The notes: generated by a model from the sequence alone, not told the origin. A stretch of DNA of 64,000 bases from an uncultured delta proteobacterium (GCA_963803435.1 CAWDML010000014.1:192001-256000), one strand, 5' to 3'; counted from the first letter of the stretch, positions 29,755 through 40,153 are shown. A program made the numbers and translations.

Positions 29755-29959
29755 CCTTCCAGTAGGTCTCACCTTCCGTCTGGTCGTCTGTCCCCGAGCT
29801 GCGCGTCGAGTACGCCGCCGCGATCGGCCGGCCCTCGAGGTAGATGTACGAGCGGAGGTATCGCGGGAACTCGGAGCCGCAGCTCTTGAAAGCGTCCTGA
29901 CCCCTGAGCTGGTGCGAGGTGCCGCCGCCGCCGGCCGGATCGTAGAAGTAGAAGACTCG
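29755..29959 (-). pseudogene. RHS/YD-repeat core fragment
   Basis: Frame not in the ORF track reads RVFYFYDPAG...YLRSYIYLEGRPIAAAY...ETYW, preceded by an in-frame stop. Confidence 0.5.
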
Positions 29960-30143
29960 TCAGGATCGTGGCGCGCGACCTTGGCGAAGCCGGCGTCGAC
30001 GACACAGGTGACGCCCTGTGACGCCCTCGATCGTGAGGATTCGAGGCCGAGATCCGATCGAACCGAATGCCTCGACGGCGGTCGATTACGCCCTGTGTGG
30101 TCTTGCTGAGGCAATCCGCTGAGGACGGGTCACCCGTGCCTGC

Positions 30144-31796
30144 TCAACGCGATCCCTCTACCAAGACCAGCGCGCTGCGGGCCGGGAGCTGCAGCGGCAG
30201 GACGCCGTCCTTCTCCACCTCGAAGCGACGCTCGCCGGAGAACAGCACGTCCACCAGCTTCGTCCCCCGGGAGAAGGACGTGGAGACGTCCGCGCTGGCG
30301 CTGCGCTTCGCGTGCGCGTTGATCGCGATCAGCACGGTCTGTCCCTCCCAGCTCCGCTCGTAGACCAGGAGCCCCGCGTCGTCGGCGCTGCTCTCGAGCC
30401 CGTCGTGCTCGCTCGCGTAGCGGACCGTCAGATCGCCGTAGCGGAGCGCGGGGAGCCCCTTGCGGAGCTCGGCCAGGTGCGCGATCAGCTCGTACTGGTA
30501 CGTGTCCTCGCGGAAGCCGGAGATCCACAAACGCTCGCGCGAGGAGTCGCCGCCCATGCCGATGAACCCTTGCTCGGTCCCGTAGTAGACCGCCGGGATC
30601 GCGTCGACCGTGAACACGATCGCGAGCGCCAGGGGGACCACGCGCGGGTCGTCCTCGATCTCCGCTGCGATGCGCCACATGTCGTGGTTGTCGGCGAAGG
30701 CGACGCGCGCCTGCCACGGGGTCAGGCCGACGCCCTGGTCCTGGGGCGCGTCCGGGTAGAGGGCGCGGTAGGCCTCGAGCGGTCCGATCGCCGTGGCCGC
30801 AGGCGCCCCGTCGAGCAGCACCGCGTCAATCGCCTCCCACTTGAGCGAGAAGTCGAAGACGGCGTCGAACTGTCCGGGTCCCACGTAGCTCGCCAGGACC
30901 TCCGGATCCGGGTTGAAGACCTCTCCGAGGAGAAAGAACCCCTCCTTCCCCTCCTCGGCCAGGCGAGCCCGCAAGGACGAGCAGAAGCGCGCCCAGAAGG
31001 CCCGCGGCACGTGCGGGACGGCGTCGAGCCGGAAGCCGTCGACGCCGGTGAGCTCGACCCAGTGGACGTACGTCTCGATCAGCGCCTCGATCACCTCCTC
31101 GTTCTCGGTGTCGAGATCGCGGAGCCCGGTGGGGAAGTCGCCCAGCTCGCGCTCCTCCTGGTCGGCGGTGATGAACTGGCCCCGCCGGTGAAAGTGGCGC
31201 TCGTCGAGCTCGAGCACACCGCCCCTCGTGAACATGCGCGGGCGCTCCGCCACCGTCCACACCAGCGGCGCGTCGACCGGACCGTCGGGGGAGTAGGGCG
31301 GATAGCGCTCGCCCTCGTCGAGCACACCGTCCCGATCGAGGTCGTAGAAGAAGACGCGGCCGGTGTGGTTCGTGACCACGTCGACGATCACCTTGATCCC
31401 GAGCGCGTGCGCATCGTCCACCAGCCCCTGGAGCTCCTCGAGCGTCCCGAACCGTGGGTTCGTGCGCGTGAAGTCGGTGGCCCAGTAGCCGTGGTAGCCG
31501 TCCTGCTGCTCGGCATGATCGACGTTCTCGACCACGGGCGAGATCCAGAGGGCGGTCACGCCCAACCGCGACAGGTAGCCGAGCCGCCGCCTGATCCCGG
31601 CCCAGTCGCCGCCCTGGTGGCGCGCCAGGTCGCCGACCACCACGCCCTGATCGTTGGTGGGATCCGCGTCGTCGAAGCGATCGACGACGATCTGGTAGAT
31701 GAAGTCGTCGCGCCAGTCTCCGAGGGGAGCGCGGGTCTTCGGCCCTCCGCACGCGGAGAGCAGCAGCGCCAGCGCGGTGAGCCCTCGAGCGCTCAT
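30144..31796 (-). CDS. GH13 alpha-amylase family lipoprotein
   Basis: Lipobox LSAC; IYQIVVDRF, YHGYW, DVVTNH, GFRLDAVPHV, GEVF, DNHD; ATGA overlap. Confidence 0.93.
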   Translation of the reverse strand: MSARGLTALALLLSACGGPKTRAPLGDWRDDFIYQIVVDRFDDADPTNDQGVVVGDLARHQGGDWAGIRRRLGYLSRLGVTALWISPVVENVDHAEQQDGYHGYWATDFTRTNPRFGTLEELQGLVDDAHALGIKVIVDVVTNHTGRVFFYDLDRDGVLDEGERYPPYSPDGPVDAPLVWTVAERPRMFTRGGVLELDERHFHRRGQFITADQEERELGDFPTGLRDLDTENEEVIEALIETYVHWVELTGVDGFRLDAVPHVPRAFWARFCSSLRARLAEEGKEGFFLLGEVFNPDPEVLASYVGPGQFDAVFDFSLKWEAIDAVLLDGAPAATAIGPLEAYRALYPDAPQDQGVGLTPWQARVAFADNHDMWRIAAEIEDDPRVVPLALAIVFTVDAIPAVYYGTEQGFIGMGGDSSRERLWISGFREDTYQYELIAHLAELRKGLPALRYGDLTVRYASEHDGLESSADDAGLLVYERSWEGQTVLIAINAHAKRSASADVSTSFSRGTKLVDVLFSGERRFEVEKDGVLPLQLPARSALVLVEGSR

Positions 31797-33943
31797 TCCC
31801 GCAGGACCGCGAACCCCCGCGCCGGGACGGAGACCGAGCCGCCGGCGACCGCACCCCCCGTGATCAGATCCGTGAACGGCCCGGTCCCCACGTCGAGCGT
31901 GCGCGGGGTGTCGCCGCGGTTGATCGCGACGACGATCGGCGCCGAGTCCATCCCGCAGCCGCTCATCCGGTACACCCAGGTGTCCTGATCCGCCGAGAGG
32001 GTACGGCGCACGCCGCGGCCGAGCACCGGGTTCTCCGAGCGGAGCCGCGCCAGCGCGCGCACCTTGGTGCGGAGCGCCTCCTGGTACGTATTCACCGCGC
32101 CCGGCGCCCACGGCATGCTGCGCCGGTTGTCGGGATCGCCGCCGCCGGCCAGGCCGATCTCGTCGCCGTAGTAGATCAGCGGGATGCCCGGGTTCGTCAT
32201 CATGATGGCGAACGCCACGCCCAGCCGCTCGTACGGCTCCGCGTTCCCCGGCTGCGCGTAGTCCGAGGTCCACGAGTTGCCGGCGAAGCTCCCGGTGCGG
32301 CAGTCGCCGATCTGACGGCTCGCGAAGTGGATCGGGCGCGGGATGTCATGGTTCCCGATCCAGGTGGTCATGATCGATCGCGCCCCGTAGAAGCCGTCGT
32401 TGCTGGCCATCCACTGCGCGAAGCCGTCCATGCTGCCGCCGGGGGTGAAGGCCGCCTCGCAGAGCCGCGCCTTGAACGGGAAGTCGAACTGCCCGTCGAG
32501 CATGGTGTCCGGATTCACGAAGCCCTTGATTTGATCCCGGTTGTCGTACGCGAAGGTCTCACCGACCAGATAGAAGCGCCCGCCGTCCGGGTTGGTGATC
32601 TCCGAGTTCAACCGCGAGCGCAGGTCGGTGAGCCAGACCAGCGGCACGTGCTTGATCGCGTCGAGGCGGTAGCCGTCGATGTTGAACGTCTTTGCCCACC
32701 AGAGCGCGTCGCTCACCGACCAGGCCCGCGGCGCCGGGTTCTCGTAGTCGAACGGCGGGAGGTACGGCGTGAACGCGCAGCGCGTCCCCCAGTACGGATC
32801 GTCCCAGAGGTTCTCGGGACCGCAGAGGCGGAAGTTGCCGGCGTCCCGGGCGAACCAGTCGTTGTGGGCCTGGTAGAGCCCGCTGGTGTCGTCGACGTGG
32901 TTCATCACGTAGTCGAACAGGATCTTGATCCCGTGCCCGTTGGCGCTGTCGGCCAGGTGCGCCTGATCGATCAGCGTGCGAAGATCGGTCTCGTCACCGA
33001 TGCGCGACTCGACCTCGGGCCGCGGCGTCGGGTTGTTCGGGTCGGCGTAGCTGACGTTGGGCGGCGACGGCCAGTAGCCGTGATACGCGGAGTAGAGGTG
33101 GCTGTCCGAGCCCGGATCGATGGCGGCCCCGGCCGTGTTCCGGTTCTCGTAGGGCGCCGTGATCCACAGCGCCGTGACCCCGAGATCCGCGAGATACGGG
33201 ATCTTCGCCTTGAGGCCCTCCAGATCGCCGCCCTCGTACTGACCGCTGGCGCCCATGTTGGCGTCGCCGTCGCTGGCGCCGGCCACCGGTGAGTCGTTGC
33301 TGGGATCGCCGTCGAAGAAGCGATCGACCATCGCGAAGTACATGACGCTGTCGCGCCAGTCGAACTGCGTGAGGTCGCCGCAGGCGGCGTCGCAGGTGAC
33401 CAGCACGCTGTTCTGTCCGCCGAAGCCGTCGTCCACCGAGTCCGGGTTGTCCGGATCGGCGATCCAGTTGGTGCCGTCGATGATCAGCTTGTACTCGTTC
33501 CGTCCCTCGGGCTCGACCAGCGTGGTGAGCGACCACAGATCGCCGCCCATCTTCTGTAGCACCAGCGCGCCGGCGGCCGGATCCGCGCCCCAGTTGGTGA
33601 ACGTGCCGGTGACCCAGACGGTGGCGGCGGTCGCGCTCCGGTACTCGAAGGTGTGCTCGTTGCAGGGCGGCCCGGCGTCCGGGAAGCCCACGTCCGGCAC
33701 CTCGGCGTCCTCGTTGACGCCGCCGTCGGGGAGGTCGCAGCCGCCGCTGGTGCCCGAGGCGCCGCTGGCGCAGGTGCAGCTCCCGCCCCCGCTGGCACCG
33801 CTGGCCCCCGACCCGCAGCGCGGCGTCCGGTAGTCGCCGGGCCCGCCGCCGATCGGGGGCGGCCGGTCGATGCCGAGCTGATCGTTGAGATCGACGCCCT
33901 CACAGCCGATGGCGGCGATCGAGAGAAGAAGGATCCACTTCAC
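31793..33943 (-). CDS. GH13 alpha-amylase family lipoprotein with a CBM48-like domain
   Basis: Lipobox AIGC; VWVTGTFTNW..EYKLIIDG.NW (CBM48-like); GYRLDAIKHV, GETF, GNHD. Confidence 0.93.
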   Translation of the reverse strand: MKWILLLSIAAIGCEGVDLNDQLGIDRPPPIGGGPGDYRTPRCGSGASGASGGGSCTCASGASGTSGGCDLPDGGVNEDAEVPDVGFPDAGPPCNEHTFEYRSATAATVWVTGTFTNWGADPAAGALVLQKMGGDLWSLTTLVEPEGRNEYKLIIDGTNWIADPDNPDSVDDGFGGQNSVLVTCDAACGDLTQFDWRDSVMYFAMVDRFFDGDPSNDSPVAGASDGDANMGASGQYEGGDLEGLKAKIPYLADLGVTALWITAPYENRNTAGAAIDPGSDSHLYSAYHGYWPSPPNVSYADPNNPTPRPEVESRIGDETDLRTLIDQAHLADSANGHGIKILFDYVMNHVDDTSGLYQAHNDWFARDAGNFRLCGPENLWDDPYWGTRCAFTPYLPPFDYENPAPRAWSVSDALWWAKTFNIDGYRLDAIKHVPLVWLTDLRSRLNSEITNPDGGRFYLVGETFAYDNRDQIKGFVNPDTMLDGQFDFPFKARLCEAAFTPGGSMDGFAQWMASNDGFYGARSIMTTWIGNHDIPRPIHFASRQIGDCRTGSFAGNSWTSDYAQPGNAEPYERLGVAFAIMMTNPGIPLIYYGDEIGLAGGGDPDNRRSMPWAPGAVNTYQEALRTKVRALARLRSENPVLGRGVRRTLSADQDTWVYRMSGCGMDSAPIVVAINRGDTPRTLDVGTGPFTDLITGGAVAGGSVSVPARGFAVLRE

Positions 33944-33956
33944 GCCGTCACCGCTC

Positions 33957-36062
33957 CTACTGAACCCGCGCCAGGACCCGTCCCGATCGCGCGGGGACCG
34001 GGACCTCGATCGTCCGATCCGCCCGCACCTCGAACGCCGTGTTGTCGCCGGGTGAGACGTCGCCGAGGAGCGTCCCGGGCGGGAAGTCGACCTGCATGCA
34101 GGCGCCCCCCTTCGAGTCGGGCGCGCAGGTGGTGCTCTGCTGATCGGAGGCGTTGAGCACCACCAGCACCGTCTCCTCCGGGTGCTTGCGCTCGAACGCG
34201 AAGATCCCGTGGTCGCGCTCGCCGGCGGCGCTGTCGGTCGCCCAGCGCACGGCCACGTCACCCTGCCGCAGCGCCACGTGATCCTTCCGGAGCTGGATCA
34301 TCGCCTTGATGAACGTGTACGTCGGGTTCGTGGTGTCGAAGGGGTCGTAGCCCCAGTCGATGCTGCCGGCGCCCATGTCCTCCCGGTTCCGCGGATCGTT
34401 GCCGCCGTTGAACCGCTGCTCGGTGCCGTAGTAGATGCACGGGATCCCGTCCCAGGTGAGCAGGTAGAAGAGCCCGGCGTGGACCACGTCGGTGGTCGAC
34501 TCGTAGAGGAACCGCGGCAGGTCGTGGTTGTCGAGGAAGCTCACCAGCAGCTTGTTGGGCGCGATGCCCACGCCGCCCTGCGCGGGCTCCGCGTGCGGCT
34601 CGTCGAAGTAGGTCGGCCCCACCGGATAGCCGTTGTTCCGGCACCACTCGTCGTCCGGGTTCAGCCCGAAGCGGCTGTTGTACAGGCACTCGAAGTTCTT
34701 GGTGGGCGCGTCGTTCTTGAAGACGGAGTCGATGACCCGGTACTTCTGGCTGAAGTAGAAGACCGAGTCGACGCGACCGAACTTGCCGCGCTCGTCCTGA
34801 CCGCCGAACGTGTAGTCGCCGATCAGCTCGTCGTTGCCGTCGAACGCCTCGCCGAACATGAAGAAGTTCTGCTTGCCCAGCTCCACCGCGTGCTCGCGCA
34901 TGCGGTCGGTGAACTCGCCCCAGAAGCCGCGGTCGTTCACGTCGAGCTCCGGCCGATCGATGTGCTTGAGCGTGTCGATGCGGAAGCCGTCGAAGTCGGC
35001 CATCGTCATCCAGAACTCGAAGGCGCGGATCAGCGCCTCCTTGGCGTCCGGGTTGTCGGTGTTGATGTCCTTGAGGCCGCCCGGGAAGTCGCCGAGGGTC
35101 TCCTGCTCCCGGATGAACTCGCGGGTGTAGCCGTCGCCCTCGTGCCACCACAGGTAGACGCGGCCGCGCCGGTTGTACCAGGTGGGATCGTCGAACCAGG
35201 AGCGATCCTCCGGCCAGCCCACGATCTTCGGCGGGCGCGCCGGCGGCACCCGGTTGATCTCCGGCAGGTGCGGGAAGCGGATCTCGGCGGGCCCCGAGAA
35301 GCCCAGGCTGGTCCAGCCCTGGATCCCGCGCGGGTCGTACTCCGGATCGGCCTCCAGGATGCGCTCGAGGTACTGCTCGCCGTTGACGCAGTAGAGGTTC
35401 TCGTCGGGGCTGCAGCGACAGCCGAAGCCCGAGGTCTCGGAGAACGTCTTCGACATGTCCCGGCAGACCGGGTTGTAGCGATCGCTCTGGCAGACCTGGA
35501 CGCAGGTGTGGCTGGTGCCGCCGCCCGAGATCCACTCGTCGTGCTGACCGTTGCCGTTGATGTCGTAGTAGAAGAGCTGCCCCACGTGGTTCGTGACCAC
35601 GTCGAGGATCACCAGGATGCCGCGCTCATGCGCCTTGTCGACCAGCTCGCGGAGCTTGTAGAGGTCGCCGAAGTGCGGGTTGGGGCGGAAGAAGTCCTGC
35701 GTCCAGTAGCCGTGGTACGAGAAGAAGCCCGCGTCCTCCTCCACGTTCTTCACCACCGGGCTGATCCAGATCGCGGTGGCCCCGAGATCCTGGAGGTAGT
35801 CGAGCTTGTCGATCAGCCCCTGCCAGTCGCCGCCGTGATAGTGCGACATCGACTGCGGCTCCACGTTGTAGTCGTTGTTCGGATCGCCGTTGTTGAAGCG
35901 ATCGACCATGACCTGGTAGATGATCTGATCCCGCCAATCGACGCCCTCGTTCGAGGCGCGCGGGCCGTCGACCAGCGTCTCCTCGACGCTCGGCGCAGAG
36001 CACGCCCAGCAGCCGAGGAGCAGAAAGCTTGCGTAGGAAAGACGCACAGCGAACCTCCTCAT
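33957..36062 (-). CDS. GH13 alpha-amylase family lipoprotein with a Cys-rich insert
   Basis: Hydrophobic leader ending GCWAC; IYQVMVDRF, YHGYW, GFRIDTLKHI, GEAF, DNHD; ATGA overlap with the porin. Confidence 0.93.
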   Translation of the reverse strand: MRRFAVRLSYASFLLLGCWACSAPSVEETLVDGPRASNEGVDWRDQIIYQVMVDRFNNGDPNNDYNVEPQSMSHYHGGDWQGLIDKLDYLQDLGATAIWISPVVKNVEEDAGFFSYHGYWTQDFFRPNPHFGDLYKLRELVDKAHERGILVILDVVTNHVGQLFYYDINGNGQHDEWISGGGTSHTCVQVCQSDRYNPVCRDMSKTFSETSGFGCRCSPDENLYCVNGEQYLERILEADPEYDPRGIQGWTSLGFSGPAEIRFPHLPEINRVPPARPPKIVGWPEDRSWFDDPTWYNRRGRVYLWWHEGDGYTREFIREQETLGDFPGGLKDINTDNPDAKEALIRAFEFWMTMADFDGFRIDTLKHIDRPELDVNDRGFWGEFTDRMREHAVELGKQNFFMFGEAFDGNDELIGDYTFGGQDERGKFGRVDSVFYFSQKYRVIDSVFKNDAPTKNFECLYNSRFGLNPDDEWCRNNGYPVGPTYFDEPHAEPAQGGVGIAPNKLLVSFLDNHDLPRFLYESTTDVVHAGLFYLLTWDGIPCIYYGTEQRFNGGNDPRNREDMGAGSIDWGYDPFDTTNPTYTFIKAMIQLRKDHVALRQGDVAVRWATDSAAGERDHGIFAFERKHPEETVLVVLNASDQQSTTCAPDSKGGACMQVDFPPGTLLGDVSPGDNTAFEVRADRTIEVPVPARSGRVLARVQ

Positions 36063-37495
36063 CGGTAGGTGGAGTTGAACCACCACTCCGCCTCGAGCCC
36101 GATGAACTGGGTCCACGCGCGATCGCGGCGCGGATCCTCGAGCGGATAAAGGTCGCGCGCACCGTCGTTGAGGTGCGCCGCCGCGTAGACCAGCCGCACC
36201 TGCGGCCGCACGTAGGAGCCGACGCCGAACGGCGAGATGACCACCATCGGCGCCACCTGGACGACGGCCGGATTGAGCACCTCCAGGGCCGTCGGGCTGG
36301 GCCCGCGGGGGAAGCGCTGCTGATAGGAGACGTCGACCGCGAACGAGAGCCAGTCGACCGTGGCGATGGACGGGCGCAGGTCGATGACGCCCTCCCAGAA
36401 GTCGTCGACGTCGTGCGTGTTCCGGTCCGCGTCCTGGAAGCGGCGCAGGTAGCCCCCGCCGAGGACGCCGAACAGGCCCACCTCGTAGTTGGCGGAGAGC
36501 CCCATCATCAGCTCGGAGGCGCCCGGGAAGGTCTGCTTGGTCTCGGAGAGGCCGGTCGGCACCTCGAGCTCGTCGAACGCGCCCAGCCCCTGGCCGAAGC
36601 GCACGAAGAGGTTCACGTGCGAGGCGCGCTCCGCGAAGCCCCACGCGCCGATCTGCGCGCCGACCGAGTACCCGAAGTCGGCGGCCAGCGGCTCGAGCGT
36701 CTGGTCCTCCCGGCGCCGCTCGCCGGCCGGCAACCCATAGAGCTCGAGGTTCGCCTTCAGCTTCAGCGCCGGACCGCCGCCGTCGCCGAGCAGCCGGTAG
36801 GACGTCTTGAGACTGCCGACGAAGCGCTGGCGATCCAGCTGGACGATCTCCTCGGCGCCCTGCAAGCGGCCTTGCACTTCGGCCGTCTGGAACTGGAAGT
36901 CCGCCAGCAGTCGGTTGACGCCGACGGCCACCGCCAGGTCGAAGCGATCGAGCTGAAGCGACAGACCGCCGCCGACGGTGTTGAGATCGTCGAGCGGCCA
37001 GAAGTCGAGCAGGTAGATGTCGTCGCCGCGGTACATCCGCGAGCCGACCCACAGCCCGTACTTCTTGGAGAAGATCGCCTCCGCGTATAGGTTCCGCAGC
37101 GCGAGCCGGACGCTGTAGTCGCCGGAGTAGTGAAAAAGATCACCCGAGAGCGCGGGCGTGGTGACGACGCGGAGGAACAGATCGTCCGTCGGCTGCGCCG
37201 AGTAGTAGAGGTCGAGCTCGACGTAGGTGTCCTCGATGATCCGGGGCCCGTGCCCCACGACGTTCACCGAGCGTGGGGTGGAGCCCTTGAGATCGGTCCC
37301 GGCGCCCACGCGACCGTAGGAGCCGAAGTCGAAGCCCACCTCCTTCAGCACCGCGGCCGGCGTCCGCACCTCGGTCTCGGGCGGCGGCGAATCGTCTGGA
37401 TCCGGCGAGGGCGCCCCGTAAGCCGGCGACACCAGGAGGAGCAGAGCGCCAGCGACGAGCACGCGCGAGGCTGGTAGCAAGATCGCGGCCGACAT
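36059..37495 (-). CDS. lamB: LamB-family carbohydrate porin (maltoporin-like)
   Basis: FDFGSYGRVG, YVEL, LWVGSRMYRGDDIYLLDFW, RPQVRLVY, GLEAEWWF. Confidence 0.85.
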   Translation of the reverse strand: MSAAILLPASRVLVAGALLLLVSPAYGAPSPDPDDSPPPETEVRTPAAVLKEVGFDFGSYGRVGAGTDLKGSTPRSVNVVGHGPRIIEDTYVELDLYYSAQPTDDLFLRVVTTPALSGDLFHYSGDYSVRLALRNLYAEAIFSKKYGLWVGSRMYRGDDIYLLDFWPLDDLNTVGGGLSLQLDRFDLAVAVGVNRLLADFQFQTAEVQGRLQGAEEIVQLDRQRFVGSLKTSYRLLGDGGGPALKLKANLELYGLPAGERRREDQTLEPLAADFGYSVGAQIGAWGFAERASHVNLFVRFGQGLGAFDELEVPTGLSETKQTFPGASELMMGLSANYEVGLFGVLGGGYLRRFQDADRNTHDVDDFWEGVIDLRPSIATVDWLSFAVDVSYQQRFPRGPSPTALEVLNPAVVQVAPMVVISPFGVGSYVRPQVRLVYAAAHLNDGARDLYPLEDPRRDRAWTQFIGLEAEWWFNSTYR

Positions 37496-37634
37496 CCGTT
37501 GCCCATGACGCCCGCAGCCCTTTTGAGTCAATGCGACGGGCCGACCCCCTCGAACGGTCAACGGACGATGTTTGCCCGGTGGCCGGATGTTCTCAGTCGG
37601 CCTCTCCCGGTGCCGTCGGAGCGGCTCGCTTTGC

Positions 37635-37647
37635 GCCAGCCGGTCCA
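37635..37647 (-). promoter_or_regulatory. Candidate operator TGGACCGGCTGGC, copy 1
   Basis: Identical 13-mer at 59538-59550; both copies lie upstream of sugar operons in the same orientation. Confidence 0.35.
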
Positions 37648-37736
37648 TTTCGAGCCAATGCGCCGAAGTCGTTGAAATGAGTCGGGCGTCGAGACGATGG
37701 GATCGCTTCGATCGGTCTGTCCCTATGGTCTTCGAC

Positions 37737-40103
37737 ATGGCTCGGCGCGCTCTCCCTCTCGTTCTCGTCGGCGGCATCGCGCTCACCGGATGCCCCACCG
37801 CCCATCCGATCCTTCCGGAGAAGGACGCCGGCATGGAGCCGGCGGACAGCGGCTTCAACGTCTTCGATAGCGGAATGCAGGTCGACACCGACTCCGGCGA
37901 GATGCCGGACACCGGCGAGGCGCCCGACACCGGCGCGGCCGACGGCGGCGTCGAGAACCCGCGGGAGCGCTCCTGCGCCACCGTCGTTCGCTTCCGCCCG
38001 ACCGGCCCAGTGACCGACGTGTTCGTCGCCGGCCCGTTCAACGGCTGGTCGCCCGACGCCAACCGTCTCACGGATGACGACTTCGACGGCGTCTGGACCG
38101 CGTCGCTCGACCTCGCGCCCGGTCTCTATCCCTACAAGCTGGTGGTGGACGGCAGCTGGGTGCTCGACCCGGGCCACATCTATCGCGCCTACGACAACGG
38201 CGTCGAGAACAGCGGGCTTCGCGTCCCCGACTGCCACCAGCCGCTCCTCCAGAGCGTGAGCCAGGAGCTCCACGCCACCGGCGCCGGCCGCGGCAGCGCG
38301 CGCTTCGTGGTGCGTTACGTCGACGCCAACGGCGGCGTCGGCCCCGACCCGGCCGGCTTCGAGGTGAAGCTGAGGAGCAGCGACGGCGAGCGCGCGCTCG
38401 CGTCCAGCGAGTGGAGCTTCGACGAGCAGAGCTGGGAGCTCACGCTCGATCTCTCCGGTCTGACCGACGACAAGTACACCGTCTCGATCATCGGGCACGA
38501 TCGGAACGCGGTCGCCTCCAACGAGCTGCTCTATCCCTTCTGGGTCGAGGAAGACGCGTTCGACTGGCGCGACGCGGTGATCTACATGGTCATGCCCGAT
38601 CGCTTCCGCGACGGCGATCCCTCCAACAACGCTGCGCCCACCGCGGGCGCCACACCCACTGCAGACTTCATGGGCGGCGACCTCCAGGGCCTCGCGATGA
38701 CCATCGACGAGGGCTACTTCGACAACATGGGGATCAAGGCGCTCTGGATCGCGCCGGTGAACACGAACCCGCAGGGCGCGTTCGAGGACGGCGACGGCAC
38801 GCACTTCGTCACCGGCTACCACGGGTACTGGCCCGCCCAGCCCCGCCAGGTCGATCCCCGGTTCGGAGGTGAGGCCGGCCTCGATCTGGTCATGCGCGCC
38901 GCCCACCGCCACGGGATCCGCATCCTCACCGACTTCGTGATCAACCACGTCCACCAGGATCATCCGTACGTCGCGCAACACCCCGAGTGGTTCCACACGC
39001 TCCCCAACGGCTGCATCTGCGGCACCGAGGGCTGCGACTGGACGACGCACCGCCTCGACTGCCTCTTCCGCCCGTACATGCCGGACATCGACTGGACGAA
39101 CAACGACGCCTCCGAGACCTTCATCGCCGACGCGCTCTGGTGGCTCGACCGCTTCGATCTCGACGGCCTGCGCATCGACGCCGTGAAGCACGTCCCCGAC
39201 GGCGCCGTCTTCAACCTCGGCACACAGGTCACCGAAAAATTCGAGACCGCCGGCACGAACTACTTCCTGGTGGGCGAGACGGCGATGGGGTGGACCGACT
39301 GCGATCCGCACGACCTCAACTGCAACGGCGAGGACTACGGCACCATCTCCCGCTATATCGGACCGAACGCGCTCGACGGCCAGTTCGACTTCGTCCTCTA
39401 TCACTCGAGCGCGCTCTCGGTCTGGGGCTTCGACACGCACGGCCTCATCCACGCGCAGGTGTGGACCGAGGCGAGCAGCTACCGCTACCCCGAGGGCGCG
39501 ATCATGACGCCGTACATCGCGAGCCACGACACGCCCCGCTACGTCTCGCAGGTGAACCATCCCGAGCTCGCCAACAACAAGTGGCCCGAGCAGCCGCTGT
39601 CCTCGGTGCCCGACGACCCGACCGCCTACCGGCGCCTCGGGCTGGCCATGACCTGGAACCTCACCATCCCGGGGGCCCCGCTCATGTACTACGGCGACGA
39701 GTACGGCGAGTACGGCAGCAGCGATCCCGACAACCGCCACATGTTCCGGCCCGAGTCGGCCCGCAATCAAAACGAGCGCGACCTCGAGGCGTGGATCGAC
39801 GCGGTCACCCTCGCCCGCTGGCACAGCCCTGCGCTCCGCCGCGGCCAGATGGAGACGCTCAACGTCACCGAGACCACCTGGGTCTACGCGCGCAACCTCC
39901 CCGGCGTGGACGTCGCCCTGGTCGCGCTCAACAAGCAGCCGGCCATGGACACCTCGACCGTCGTGCTCCCGACCGAGCTCGCGCTCACGCCCGGCACCAA
40001 CCTCGTCGATCAGCTCACGGGCCAGACGTTCACCGTCAGCTCGAACAGCGACCTCCAGCTCACGCTCGACGGCTTCCAGGCGATGGTCCTGCTGCGAGAG
40101 TGA
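37737..40103 (+). CDS. GH13 alpha-amylase family lipoprotein with a CBM48-like domain
   Basis: Lipobox LTGC; VFVAGPFNGW..YKLVVDG.W; GLRIDAVKHV, GETA, ASHD. Alternative start 37725. Confidence 0.93.
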   Translation: MARRALPLVLVGGIALTGCPTAHPILPEKDAGMEPADSGFNVFDSGMQVDTDSGEMPDTGEAPDTGAADGGVENPRERSCATVVRFRPTGPVTDVFVAGPFNGWSPDANRLTDDDFDGVWTASLDLAPGLYPYKLVVDGSWVLDPGHIYRAYDNGVENSGLRVPDCHQPLLQSVSQELHATGAGRGSARFVVRYVDANGGVGPDPAGFEVKLRSSDGERALASSEWSFDEQSWELTLDLSGLTDDKYTVSIIGHDRNAVASNELLYPFWVEEDAFDWRDAVIYMVMPDRFRDGDPSNNAAPTAGATPTADFMGGDLQGLAMTIDEGYFDNMGIKALWIAPVNTNPQGAFEDGDGTHFVTGYHGYWPAQPRQVDPRFGGEAGLDLVMRAAHRHGIRILTDFVINHVHQDHPYVAQHPEWFHTLPNGCICGTEGCDWTTHRLDCLFRPYMPDIDWTNNDASETFIADALWWLDRFDLDGLRIDAVKHVPDGAVFNLGTQVTEKFETAGTNYFLVGETAMGWTDCDPHDLNCNGEDYGTISRYIGPNALDGQFDFVLYHSSALSVWGFDTHGLIHAQVWTEASSYRYPEGAIMTPYIASHDTPRYVSQVNHPELANNKWPEQPLSSVPDDPTAYRRLGLAMTWNLTIPGAPLMYYGDEYGEYGSSDPDNRHMFRPESARNQNERDLEAWIDAVTLARWHSPALRRGQMETLNVTETTWVYARNLPGVDVALVALNKQPAMDTSTVVLPTELALTPGTNLVDQLTGQTFTVSSNSDLQLTLDGFQAMVLLRE

Positions 40104-40153
40104 GCCGTGGCGCCACCCTTGCTGGCGCCGGCGCGCGGTGATTCCATGGGCGT

